From NCBI GenBank assembly GCA_030704615.1, contig CM060732.1, forward strand, positions 44,702,001-44,766,000: a DNA stretch of 64,000 bases, read 5' to 3'. The translations under genes were made by a program, and so were the position numbers. Every line of letters begins with the position of its first letter. Position 1 is the first letter of the stretch. Origin of the DNA: Takakia lepidozioides. Taxonomy: Eukaryota > Plantae > Bryophyta. Shown piece after piece: positions 38,204 to 49,542 of this stretch. Under the pieces are notes generated by a model. The model saw only the letters and a program-made list of their open reading frames with translations, made no database searches and was not told the origin of the DNA.

Positions 38204-39922
38204 TCAATTTTCAAACTTTCTGAAACCTCTGTCCTCCATCATTTTTCTTACCTTTGTCTGACCGTCCCACCTCCCGGCTGCAGCATAAATGCTTGAGAGT
38301 AACACATAAGCTGTGGCATCTACAGGATCACCACTGAGAATGATATTTGCCACACGTTCTGCTACCACAACATTGCCATGAATTCTGCAGGCACCAAGCA
38401 AGGCCATCCACAATTCAAAACCTGGTTTGACTGGCATTTTCTTAATAAAGTCCTCTGCCTCATCCAATCGGCCTGCACGGCCAAAAAGGTCCACCATGCA
38501 GCCAAAATGTTCCACTGTAGGAGTGAGACCATGATCTCGACTCATGGAATCAAAGTAGTGAAGGCCTTCATCCACTAGGCCCAGATGACTACATGAAGAG
38601 ATAAGACATATAAAGATGATTCTGTCTGGCTTCACACCTTCCTGTTGCATTTGCTCAAATAGCTGCAGGGCCTTCATACCACATCCATGCTGAGCGTACC
38701 CTGCAATCATCGCACTCCATGAGACCACATCATGCTGAGCCATACTGTTGAATATTTGATGGGCATTATTCATGCTCCCACACTTGGCATACATTTCGAC
38801 GAGGGCAGTCTCCAGAATGATATCTGGAACAATTCCAGCTTGGACGATGTCGGCATGGACTTCCTTCCCTTTTCCCAGGGCTCCTGAGCTACCACACGCA
38901 TTGAGAACACAAGTGAATGTGACCACATCTTTTTCAGCCATTTTTTCATACACTTGCAAAGCATCCTTCAAGCTCTTACATTTGGCATACATGTCAATAA
39001 GGGTATTCTCCATCATCACATCTCGCACAATTCCACTTTTGCTGATGTCAGCATGTACCTCTTTGCCCTTTTCCAGGGCTCCTAGGCTAGAACATCCCTT
39101 GAGAAGGCAAATGAATGTGACGCTGTTGGGCTTCACCTGTTCCTTTTTCATTTGCTCATAGATCTCAAAAGCCTGCATACCACACCCATCCTGAGCATAT
39201 CCTGCGATCATGGCACTCCATGAGACCACATTTCGATGAGCCATTTTGTCAAACACTTGACGTGCATCCTTCATGCTCCCGCATTTGGCATACATATCAG
39301 CAAGGGCAGTCTCCAGAATGATATCTGGTACAATTCCAGCTTTGATGAGGTCAGCATGGACCTGCTTGCCCTTTTCCAGGGCTCCTTGGCTGGCACATGC
39401 ATTGAGAGCACAAGTGAATGTGACCCCGCTGGGTATCACTCCTTCCCATATCATTTGCTCATACATCTCTAAAGCCTCCCTACCACACCGATGTTTTGCA
39501 TATCCCGCCATCAGTGCAGTCCATGTAAACACATCCCGTTCTCGCATTCTTTCAAATACTTCGCGTGCATCCACCAGGCTCCCACACGTAGCATACATGT
39601 GAACAAGGGAGTTGAGTAGAAGCATTGTTGGCTTGAATCCACTTAGGATAATGTGCGCGTGCACCTCCTTTCCTCTTGCTAGGTCTTTGACTTTGATGCA
39701 CTCCCGCAAGAGACAGACATAAGTATTGCAGTCTGGCAAAATGCCTTGTTGGGTCAAAATGTGGGGCACATTTCTCAGTTTTCCTGCCTTACAGAGTTTG
39801 TTTACATCCCCACAGGTGCCAGAAGAGTTATTGTTGACTCCCTCTCTTGGTCCTCTTTCAAAAGTAGTGGTCGTGGTGGAGATGCCTGATTCATACAACC
39901 GTGTCTGATTCAACCCTGCCAT
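38204..39922 (-). CDS. PLS-class PPR protein, open through E1/E2, DYW out of frame (572 aa ORF); putative 5' exons to ~41022 are disrupted
   Basis: Uninterrupted P-L-S triplets, P2/L2/S2 and E1/E2 (WMALLGACRIHGN, AYVLLSSIYAAAGRW); frameshift after GFRK; one in-frame deletion of about one motif (KDVV|TFTC). Confidence 0.8.
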   Translation of the reverse strand: MAGLNQTRLYESGISTTTTTFERGPREGVNNNSSGTCGDVNKLCKAGKLRNVPHILTQQGILPDCNTYVCLLRECIKVKDLARGKEVHAHIILSGFKPTMLLLNSLVHMYATCGSLVDAREVFERMRERDVFTWTALMAGYAKHRCGREALEMYEQMIWEGVIPSGVTFTCALNACASQGALEKGKQVHADLIKAGIVPDIILETALADMYAKCGSMKDARQVFDKMAHRNVVSWSAMIAGYAQDGCGMQAFEIYEQMKKEQVKPNSVTFICLLKGCSSLGALEKGKEVHADISKSGIVRDVMMENTLIDMYAKCKSLKDALQVYEKMAEKDVVTFTCVLNACGSSGALGKGKEVHADIVQAGIVPDIILETALVEMYAKCGSMNNAHQIFNSMAQHDVVSWSAMIAGYAQHGCGMKALQLFEQMQQEGVKPDRIIFICLISSCSHLGLVDEGLHYFDSMSRDHGLTPTVEHFGCMVDLFGRAGRLDEAEDFIKKMPVKPGFELWMALLGACRIHGNVVVAERVANIILSGDPVDATAYVLLSSIYAAAGRWDGQTKVRKMMEDRGFRKFEN

Positions 39923-41059
39923 CCTGCAAGCCTCAAACTCTTACTTACACACCTTTACACTCAAGGTCACTATACATTTGAAAGCTCCTTTTTGCTTCAA
40001 AGAAAAATCTCTATATGATGACTCACTCCATGCTAGAAATCATGGTTGCAAAACTGTTCCAGAATCAACTGTACCTTTCCGATCTGTTCGATATTGAATC
40101 GTTGAAACCTCATCAAAACAATACCCTTGGAATTCTTGACATCTGAGTACATCGCCCCTGCCACATTTTCCTTGTATCATGGCAGCCTTCACCCAAGGAA
40201 GTGTCGACCAACCATCAGTCTGAAGGAACTCAATTATGTGCTCATGTCTGGAGTCCTGTGAGCCTGGGCTGTTCTGTGGAAACGAGTGGACCACTCAGCA
40301 GATATAGATTCAACCAAAGCCTTGCATAGACAAGGCTACAACTAGAAAAGCTCCAAGCAACCTCGAAGACTGGCAGATTACATATGCAGTCCACAAAATA
40401 CAATTAAGTCAGCTTCAATACAAGACCTTCTAGATAATCTCTTTCACGTCCCAAATGGATACAGCCTCACCTTATCAAGCCTGTTGTACCCCTGCTGTGT
40501 AGCATCTGAGAAGAACCCCTGTAAAAATCGTTCTTCGCTCATCGTTTGACCTGCGTGCAGGAACCTCAGGAACATGAGAACTTTCCCAGTTTCCGATTGA
40601 ACGAGTTTCTTCCGTAGAGGAGTTTTAGTGCTCAAACTCAAATCCTTACAGGTCCATCAATTACTTGCGCAATGTTGAGGAATGATAGTGCAGGATTTCC
40701 ATTTATCAACCTCCACTGGGTCCATGGACTCTCTGGTCGTCAATTGGGCAATAGATCTCTTCTTGCAGGGTTTTGCTTCCAGAACTTGACCGGATTTCTT
40801 AAGTTATGCAGCAGCCCTGTCATAATTCTCACTCCGAGGATGGTTATACTTTCTGGCATCTGCTGGGATGAATCGTGGGTCTCATGTAGCCTGGCGATTC
40901 GATCCATAAAGTTAAGAGAACTACACTTGAGCAACCGGTTATGTGCGTATACCTTTCTTGGCTCTCCCTGCAAGTTGGGGAGGCGTCGCAGCCATTTGTT
41001 GCAAACGTCTCAGGCTCGGCATTGCCAAGCTGGATACCCATCTCCGCTCCACAGCTTCA

Positions 41060-41510
41060 CCTGATAATCTAATGGGTGATTCGAGACCTCTCAGAGCGGC
41101 CGAGCACGGTGCCACCCCTATGCCTGTGTGAAGAAGAACAATCCAGAGGGAGCCTCCACAAAGGACCATAGGACTAAACTTGCATATCTTTCTCACGTCT
41201 GCTTGTTTCTTCGAGAGCGGTATTTCTTCAATCCTCAACATCTGCTCGGGTTCACAATGTGGGCGCCTCCTAGAAACTGGTATCTGTAAAACGTTACAAC
41301 AGCACCGGGTCTGCTTGGGTCCGCTTAAAACAATTCCATTCCAATGATCGGCCCCCAATTAGTCGCTCACCAGCTGTGTAGGGGTTAGCTGATCGCAAAC
41401 TCTAGACGCAAATTGGAGTTCAGCCTGATCGCTCTTCCACCTGGGAGTTTCTTCTTTTCACATTGTGTCGAAATGAAACGCACTCAGCCGCTGCAGAGTG
41501 TGGCAGATTG
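41060..41510. promoter_or_regulatory. Putative bidirectional promoter/spacer between the two divergent PPR genes
   Basis: Unique spacer at the centre of the inverted duplication, flanked by homologous first exons (41022-40953 on -, 41553-41622 on +); CCAAT at ~41341 and ~41355, ATTGG at ~41412. Confidence 0.45.
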
Positions 41511-42895
41511 ATGGGTCAGGCTGTGGGGCGGGAATGGGTATCCAGCTTGGCGATGTCGGGCCTGCGACGTCTGCAGCAAATGGCTTTGACGCCTTCCCAG
41601 CCTCCAGGGAAATCGAAGAAAGGTACATACAGACAACCCTTTGCTTCGTTTCTAAGCTTTGTGGTGGGGCGATTGAAGACTCCGTATATAGTCCTTCAGC
41701 ATTCACCCTCGAAGATGTTGACTTTCTGATATGACAGGATTGTTTTGGACGGCCGTTTCTGTTCCCCTTCCATCAGTACCTTCTTTCTCTCATGCAATGA
41801 ATGAAGGATACATTTCAGACTTCAGCACATATATTCAAAATCCTGAGGGAAGAATTTTATGAGGTGAGAGACAGCTTTACTACAGAGTTGTTTCGTTGGA
41901 GTGCTTGCGGTCATGGGGTGCCATAACAATTTGGGAATCCTACAAGGTTTCTCCTCGACTGCAGGGCTGCGCATAGCCCAGGAATGTTTGCTGCAAGGTG
42001 CAGCAGGTGAAACTCTGTTAGAACAACAAATTTGTTGTGTCCAAAGGCAGGCCAGAAGGCCTATGGCTGGAGGTTAGGTTATGGAAAGTCTGCACTATCA
42101 TTCCTCAATAAGAGGCAGGTAAATGGTGAGCTCCTAGGATCTACGTTTGAGCACTACAACTCCTCTATGGAAACTGATTTAGTTGAAAGCTGGCAAAGTT
42201 CTTACAATCCCAGAGGTCCTTCACACGCAGGTCAAGCAATGACCAAAGAAGGGCTGGGGCAGGAGTCCTTCTCAAACCCTTCACAGAAGGGGGCCAACAG
42301 TTTTGATAAGGTGAGGCGATCTTCATGAAGTGGAGGAGAGGGCTTGTACTGAAGCAGGCATGATGAGGATTTGTGGACTGGATGTAATCAGTAGTTTTGC
42401 AATCTGTGTCTCCTGGTTATTTTAAAGATGCTTGGAGCTTTGGCGGTTGCAGCCTTATGTATGCAAGCCTGTGGTTAAAGCTAAGGCTGCTCAGCTGCGT
42501 ACTTGTGGTCTCACAGAACAGTCTGAGACGGCCAGAGTTTAAACAGACGCACACAAATGTGGCCCTTCAGATTGAGGGTTGGTCAAGTCATCCCAGCCGT
42601 GAAACGAGGTCGAGGACAATGTGGTGATGGTCCTAATTTCTATGTACACCATGGAGCTCCAGGTCAAGAATACAACGGGTATTGTTTTGATGAGGATTCA
42701 AGGGTTCGAACTCAAACATATAGCAAAGGTATAGTTAAATCTCAAATCAGAAATGACTGCAGTAGTTTTGTAACCATGTTGATATCTAGGAAGGAGCCTG
42801 TTGTCATGGAGAGATTTTTCTTGAGGAGCTTTGAAATATGTAATTTGTGATTTTGAGTGTAAAGGTTTGGGAGTAAGAGCTTTGAGGCATGCAGG

Positions 42896-45205
42896 ATGGC
42901 ACTGCTGAATCAGACCCAGTCGTTTGAATCAGGCATCTCCACCATGACCACCGGTTTTGAAAGAGGACCACGAGATGGAGTCAACAACAACTCTTCTTGC
43001 ACTCGTGGGGATATATGGACACTCTGTGTGGTGAGAAAACAGAGAGAAGTGCAGCAACTTTTGAACCAGCAAGTCTCAGCAGACTCCAAAACTTATGTCA
43101 GGCTCTTGCAGGAGTGTATCAAAGTTAATGACCTAGCAAGAGGAAAGCAGGTGCATGCCCACATAGTCCAAAGTGAATTGAAGCCAAGCCTTCCTGTAAT
43201 GAACACCCTTATCAACATGTATGTTAAGTGTGGGAGCATGGTGGATGCAAGACAAGTGTTTGAGGAAGTGCCTCAACGAAGCATGTTGACATGGACTATG
43301 ATGGTGGTAGGATATGCCAAACATGGGCATGCTGAGGAAGCTCTCCAAATCTATGAGAAGATGCATCAGGAAGGGGTGAGGGCCGATAGGATCATGTACA
43401 TTACTGTGCTCAAGGTGGTGGCCAGCCTAGGAGCCCTGGAGAAGGGCAAGCAGGTCCACGCTGATATCATCAAATCTGGAATTGCAGCATACTTTCCTTT
43501 GGAGACAACCCTCGTGGACATGTATGCCAAATGCGGAAGTGTAAAGGATGCACGCCTAGTATTTGACAAGATGTCCAAACGAGATGTAGTCTCATGGAAT
43601 GCAATGATTGCAGGATATGCCAAACATGGGTATGGTGAAGAGGCTCTCACAATCTATGAACAAATGCAACAGGAAAGAGTGATGCCTGACAGGGTCACTT
43701 TCATTTCAGTACTCACTGCTTGTGCCAGTCTAGGAGACCTGGAAAAGGGTAAGCAGTTCCATGCTGACATCATCAATGCTGGGATTGTGTCATATGTTAA
43801 TTTGGAGAATGCTCTAGTGGACATGTATGTCAAATGCGGAAGTGTGAAGGATGCACATCAAGTGTTCCACAAAATGGCTAAACGAGATGTGGTCTCATGG
43901 AGTGCATTGATAGCAGGATATGCACAGCATGGGCAAGTTGAAGAGGCTATCAGAATCTATGAACTAATGCAATGGGAAGGGGTAACGCCCAACAGGGTCA
44001 CATTCCTTTGTGTTCTCAATGCGTGTGCCAGCCTCAGAGCCCTGGAAACAGGCAAGCGGGTCCATATGGACATCATCAAAGCTGGTTTTGCATCATATAT
44101 TACTTTGGCCAACACTCTTGTTGACATGTATGCAAAATGTGGCAGTTTAGAGGATGCACTCCAAGTGTTTGATAACATGGCCAAGCGGGATGTGGTTTCA
44201 TGGAATGTGATGATGGCAGGATATGTACAGCATGGGCATGGTACAGAAGCTCTCAAAATCTATGAGCAAATGCATCGTGACAGGGCAATACCTAACAGGG
44301 TCACGTTTATTTGTGGTCTCAGTGCATGCGCCAGTCTAGGAGCCTTGGAAAAGGGCAGGAAGTTCCATCAGGACATCAGCATAGCTGGAACTGCATCAGA
44401 CATTATTTTGCAGACAAGCCTTGTTGACATGTATGCAAAATGTGGGAGTGTAAAGGACGCTCGTCAATTATTCGACCAAATTTCTAAAAGGGACGTGATC
44501 TCATGGACAGCAATGATTACAGGGTATGCCCAGCATGGGCATGTTGAAGAGGCTCTCAAATTATATGAGCAAATGCAACGGGAAGGGGTGACACCCAACA
44601 TGTTCACGTTCAATTCCATTCTCCAGGCCTGTGCCAGCCTAGGAGCCCTGGACAAGGGCAAGCAGGTCCATGCTGACATTATCAAAGCTGGACTAGAGTC
44701 ATGCATTATTTTGGAGACAACCCTTGTTGACATGTATGCCAAATGCGGGAGTGTGGAGGATGCACATAGAGTGTTTGACAAAATGGCTAAAGGAGATGTG
44801 GTCTCATGGAATACAATGATTGCAGGATATGCTCAGCATGGGTGTAGTAGAGAGGCCCTCAAAATATTTGAGAAAATGCAGAAGGAAGGCATGAAACCAG
44901 ACTCTATCACATTCACTTCTGTTATCTCTGCATGCAGCCGTGGTGGCCTAGTGGATGAAGGCCGTCTCTTCTTCAATTCCATGAGTCACGACCATGGCCT
45001 ACTACCTACAATGGAGCATTTCAGCTGCATGGTGGATCTTCTCGGTCGTGCAGGGCGATTGGATGAAGCAGAGGACTTCATTAACGAAATGCCAATCACC
45101 CCAGATGCTTCAGTGTGGGGGGCCTTGCTTGGTTCCTGCAGAATTCATGACGATGTGGAGGTAGCAGAGCGTGCGGCAAAATGCATTCTGAAGTGGGACC
45201 CATAA
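42896..45205 (+). CDS. PLS-class PPR protein, open for 769 aa, nonsense codon at the E1/E2 boundary; putative 5' exons from ~41553 are disrupted
   Basis: About six P-L-S triplets plus P2/L2/S2/E1; KWDP* is followed by in-frame HAAAYVLLSNIYAAAGRW. Confidence 0.8.
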   Translation: MALLNQTQSFESGISTMTTGFERGPRDGVNNNSSCTRGDIWTLCVVRKQREVQQLLNQQVSADSKTYVRLLQECIKVNDLARGKQVHAHIVQSELKPSLPVMNTLINMYVKCGSMVDARQVFEEVPQRSMLTWTMMVVGYAKHGHAEEALQIYEKMHQEGVRADRIMYITVLKVVASLGALEKGKQVHADIIKSGIAAYFPLETTLVDMYAKCGSVKDARLVFDKMSKRDVVSWNAMIAGYAKHGYGEEALTIYEQMQQERVMPDRVTFISVLTACASLGDLEKGKQFHADIINAGIVSYVNLENALVDMYVKCGSVKDAHQVFHKMAKRDVVSWSALIAGYAQHGQVEEAIRIYELMQWEGVTPNRVTFLCVLNACASLRALETGKRVHMDIIKAGFASYITLANTLVDMYAKCGSLEDALQVFDNMAKRDVVSWNVMMAGYVQHGHGTEALKIYEQMHRDRAIPNRVTFICGLSACASLGALEKGRKFHQDISIAGTASDIILQTSLVDMYAKCGSVKDARQLFDQISKRDVISWTAMITGYAQHGHVEEALKLYEQMQREGVTPNMFTFNSILQACASLGALDKGKQVHADIIKAGLESCIILETTLVDMYAKCGSVEDAHRVFDKMAKGDVVSWNTMIAGYAQHGCSREALKIFEKMQKEGMKPDSITFTSVISACSRGGLVDEGRLFFNSMSHDHGLLPTMEHFSCMVDLLGRAGRLDEAEDFINEMPITPDASVWGALLGSCRIHDDVEVAERAAKCILKWDP

Positions 45206-45921
45206 CATGCTGCAGCTTATGTGCTGCTATCAAACATCTATGCTGCGGCTGGCAGGTGGGGTGATAAAGCTGTGATCTGTGACCCAAGCCCAATCCTTTG
45301 ACATTAGGATCTTAGTTCCATAAGTGATTCTTTTGTAGAGAGGAAAGCAAGACAAATAAGTGAAGGTGGAGGTAGGGAGGAGGTAAGAGACAATCATGAA
45401 TCTGGGCAATGTGGCTATTGCATGGTAAGCTTGCAACAAGGGATGGAGAGGAGCCCCTGCCTGACTGTGTGTAGATGCCCCCCGCCTCACTGTATACCAA
45501 TGGAGGACAGAGGTTTCAGAAAGGAGCCAGGGTACAGCTGCATTGAGGTAAATAGAGAGGTGCATACATTTGTTGTCCAAGTCAATTTACATGCACAGAT
45601 TGAGGAAATCCATTCTGAGCTGAGTACACTGTTCAGCCAGATGAGGAGCCTGACACATGCTTTGGATTGCATGATGTGGAGGAGGAGCAAAAGAAGTTTT
45701 CTCTTTCGCACCACAGTGAGAAGCTGGACAATGCTTTTGGTCTCATCAGCACACCCCCTGGGACAACTATCCACATCATCAAGAACCTTCAGGTGTGCAG
45801 CAACTGCCACACAGCTACAAAATTCATCTCAAAGATTGTTGGAAGAGCAATTGTTGTACGGGATGCCAACCGCTTCCACCACTTCAGGGATGGGTCTTGT
45901 TCTTGTGGGGATTATTGGTGA
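45206..45921 (+). pseudogene. Decayed E2/E+/DYW tail of the right PPR gene, with an ~225 bp insertion
   Basis: Insertion at ~45274-45499; MEDRGFRKEPGYSCIEVNREVHTF; frameshift near 45650; [14 protein letters not shown]...VCSNCH...[14 protein letters not shown]. Confidence 0.88.
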
Positions 45922-46747
45922 AAACGCCTGTTGTTTTGTTGATATGCATGTAAAGCAAATGAATATGTCAGAAGGTGGAACAATATAGATTCTAGTTAAG
46001 AGGCTTAGCTGCTAGGGGACATTTCACATGTGAGTCTCTAATGGCGAGTTAGATGGCTGAATCAAGTCAGTCAGTTGGGCCGAGGTCATCAGTATATTCC
46101 ACCCAGTAGCCTTCTACGCACGTCATGCTCTTGGTGGTTTTGATATTTAGACATGGGACAGAACTTTGCAACTGATTTGCAGTGGTTGCGACGTTAACAA
46201 AGTCAATTGTGCCCCTCCGAGTTAGCATGTCAAATTAAAGAACCAAGTACAAGCAGATACTGCACCATTCCTTGCCTAGATGGAACGACTGTTAACTGTC
46301 ATGTTTTTGTCTGTTCAGCACAGAACATCAGGTTGAAGCCCAAAAGTGAAAATTCATATAAAATTTTATTTTAGACAATCCTGTCTTGTCTTCTCAAGTA
46401 CTCACAGGTGAACATAGCACTATCAGGGTTGTTCTTGCAAGATTTTCAAGCAAGTTACTGCCATAGTTAGATTCATCTTCTGTACAGCCTGTGGTCTTTA
46501 GAAACAGTTGAACTGTTCTTACTCTTCAATCCCAAACGCAAGGTCTTCTCTGTGCATACGTCGACCGACGTTATATGAGAAGAGCACGAGGGGTCTCTTG
46601 GAGGCCTCTCCTCATCCTCCCGCTGAGGAGAAAATTAATAAAACAAAAACATCCTTAACGGACACTGGGACAGATCCATCGAGAAGCAGTTTCTGCCCTT
46701 ATCCTACATAATATTATTGTCTATTCTAATCTCGTTGAGCAACTTCG

Positions 46748-49542
46748 CTACAGGATGGTATTCGTGCCACAGCCGGCTGTATGTAAGAGCACAGCTTTGA
46801 TCTCGTCAGGCCCAACATCGACCTCCATTGCTTGCTGTGCACAACCCACAACATACATCACATTCAATCAGTTACTCTTCTGTCAACTTCATGGGGGTGC
46901 TGGATAGTCAGAGTAACAACTGTAGGAAGACTTTGTTGAAGTTCGGGAGATTCAGGAAGACTTAATGGCCATGGTGGTCTCATCGTAGTCCTCATGGCAG
47001 GATTTCACTGACAGAGAACTTACGTTTCTAGACAGTGAGCCAAGTGGTTTTAACATCCCCCAGATTATACGCTGCAGCGTACTGAAAGGATCACAGGCCC
47101 TGGACGCAGAAGACTGTACCTCAGCTCGAAAGATATCGAATACAAAGCCATTGAAGCTGCTGACCACAGCCTGTTGCACATCCAGGCCTAGGCCATCGAG
47201 GGCGCGCACTGTTGACAGAAGAAGCCCTGCACGGTGTGCAGAGAACATGCGGATATTGAGCACCCTCCCCTGATCTCTTGTCCTAACCTCTACCTGCTCC
47301 ACATAAAATTTCCCACGATCAGTGCTCACGCTTTGCTGCAGTAATGAACGAGTAGTCAACAGACTGCTAGGGGAAAAATATTGTAGATAGCAACAGCCTA
47401 GACCGTGTGTGGGGCACAATGCTAAAGAACTTTCCAGCCCTTTCCAAGCATCAGGGACTGTTTTTAGAATATCAAAGATAACGTGTACCCGGGTAGGTTG
47501 GACGTCAACGATAGATATGGGGTTCGGGCACTCCTCTTTCACCATGCGGCATGTCAGTGCAGTGCCTGACGGTGTTAATGCTGATGGATGGGGAGGCAAC
47601 AACGTGTACTCTGCAGGTATTGCTTCCAACTCAGTGTGCAGGTCATTGATCTGCTGTAGCAACTCCTTAAGATACTCAATGGCATCCCCTAGAATGGAAG
47701 CCCTGTCCATCTGGCACCCACGCAACCAATTCAGATTACGTTATTTGTCTCAGGTTCAGCTCTACAAAATTCTACATTGTAATGTACCGTTGAGAGAGAA
47801 AGATTTAGATCCATTTCGAGCTAGAAGACAAGGATCTATTTTGCAAAGCTTCCGCTAACATTAAGTTGGATCTAGAGCTGTACAAGAAGATTAGCCTGGC
47901 TAGGTGAAGCTCTCTAATCAGTGCCAGCACTTTCGAGTCTCATTCAAGTGCCCTTTCAAGTTCCCTGATTGCACGATCTAACCGTCGTACTTCAAATTCG
48001 AATTATGGATTAGCAGCTTTGAAAAAGCTGCAGCAACCTTGTAACAGAGACGCCGCCACCCGTCCAAGTCATCAGCTTAATGGAAGCACAACCAGACCTG
48101 TAAGGACACACACCTTGGTGATTTTTGGCACCACAGATCGTAACATGTAGAGGCGCTCATTGAGCTTCTTACGGCGTCTACGCTCTGCCATAAGATTTTT
48201 GGCAGGCGGTCCCTTTTTCCCCTTGCCTTTCTCCCGACGAGCCCTGCAATGATCGCCCCCCTCCATACTTACAGTGTCGTCTGTCTCATACTGCACACCT
48301 GAGCCATCACCACTTTCATCCATCTCATTGTCATCTTTTCCCTCCTCTTGCTCCCGATCAAACCGACCGCTGCCCACTAATTCTGACCTTGAAATTTGGC
48401 CACTGAGATTCTTGATGACATCATCTTCGACTTCTGTGCCCTCCAGTTGTTTCTGTTTCCCTTTGATGTGAGGGCTTTCTGGGTCATCAGACCTCTCCCT
48501 CGAAATTTTGTTTGGGGTGGAGGTAAGTACACAATGGGAATCAGGCCCCCCTCCTGTGTTGTGTCCCAATACAGGGCGTGGATGGAACAGCAAGGTATGT
48601 GGGCAGCCTAGCGAGCTCCCCACCACCTTTGAATAAAATTGTGTTCTTTCTGGGTTGGAATGCAAAGGTCGAGAGTGCTGTCTTCCCAGGTCGACAATTC
48701 CATCAGCAAACCCTGGAGAGGTGCGCCCGCTGTCAAGATTGTTGACCAAGGTATGGGTCGGACTGTTGCCTAAAGCGGAACTAGGACCTGGATTTATCAT
48801 AAAGTTGTTGAGATTTTGTGTGAGCCCTGAACTGAAGCCCTCAGTCCTGAGAACACTCATATGACTCTTGGGGCTCCGACTGCAGTAAACCCCGCCATGT
48901 GTACTTCGAGCCCTACCTGTCGCATTAGCACCAAGTTCTTCAGTGAGTCAACGAGTAGACCTGCTCAATTGATATTTGAAACTTGATGCGTCAAGTGCAT
49001 TCCAGAGCAGACTACCTGCGGCATCTCGAGTGTTCATCTGGAGCCAAGTCTGATCGATATGTGTACACAAGTGTTATTACTGATCTGCAATGTTTCATTC
49101 CTAGGTACCAGTATGCAGAATTTAAACTGCTGTACATACCAATTGATGTATGATTCTACAAGCTAATCAGGAAAATGGAGAACTTACCTGAAGACAGGTC
49201 GACGTGAAGATGAACCCCAGCCGAAGTCTGTCCTACAGAGGTCATCTCCTCTAATACTAGGCCATTGCTGTTGTGCAGACCTCCTCCAAGGATTGGGGCG
49301 GTTCTGAAGTTACTGAGAAGTGTGCTGGGGTTCTCAAAGGGTCCGAGGGAGACATCTAACAGAGTATTCAAACTTGACCTGGTTTCAGCAGATGTGGCAG
49401 ACGAAGGCGCATTCACGGTGCGAGACAAAAAGGAGTGTAGTTGTGGTGGGTCTAAGTTGAAGCCCGACATCGGTGTGAGAGGGGAAGCATAAGACAAGTC
49501 CTTGATCTCATCCATGAGCGATGTGTCTGCTGTCGCATCCAT
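46748..49542 (-). CDS. ICE1: bHLH-ACT transcription factor, ICE1/SCREAM type (exact N-terminus uncertain)
   Basis: Exons ~49542-49188, 48916-48114, 47710-47489, 47293-47120 and 46834-46748. [67 protein letters not shown]-like [36 protein letters not shown], and C-terminal [13 protein letters not shown]. Confidence 0.9.

Noticed and set aside
48948-48950. In-frame TGA suggesting ICE1 is a pseudogene
   Set aside because: A phase-compatible acceptor (gctaatgcgacAG|GT, exon start 48916) places the TGA in the intron.
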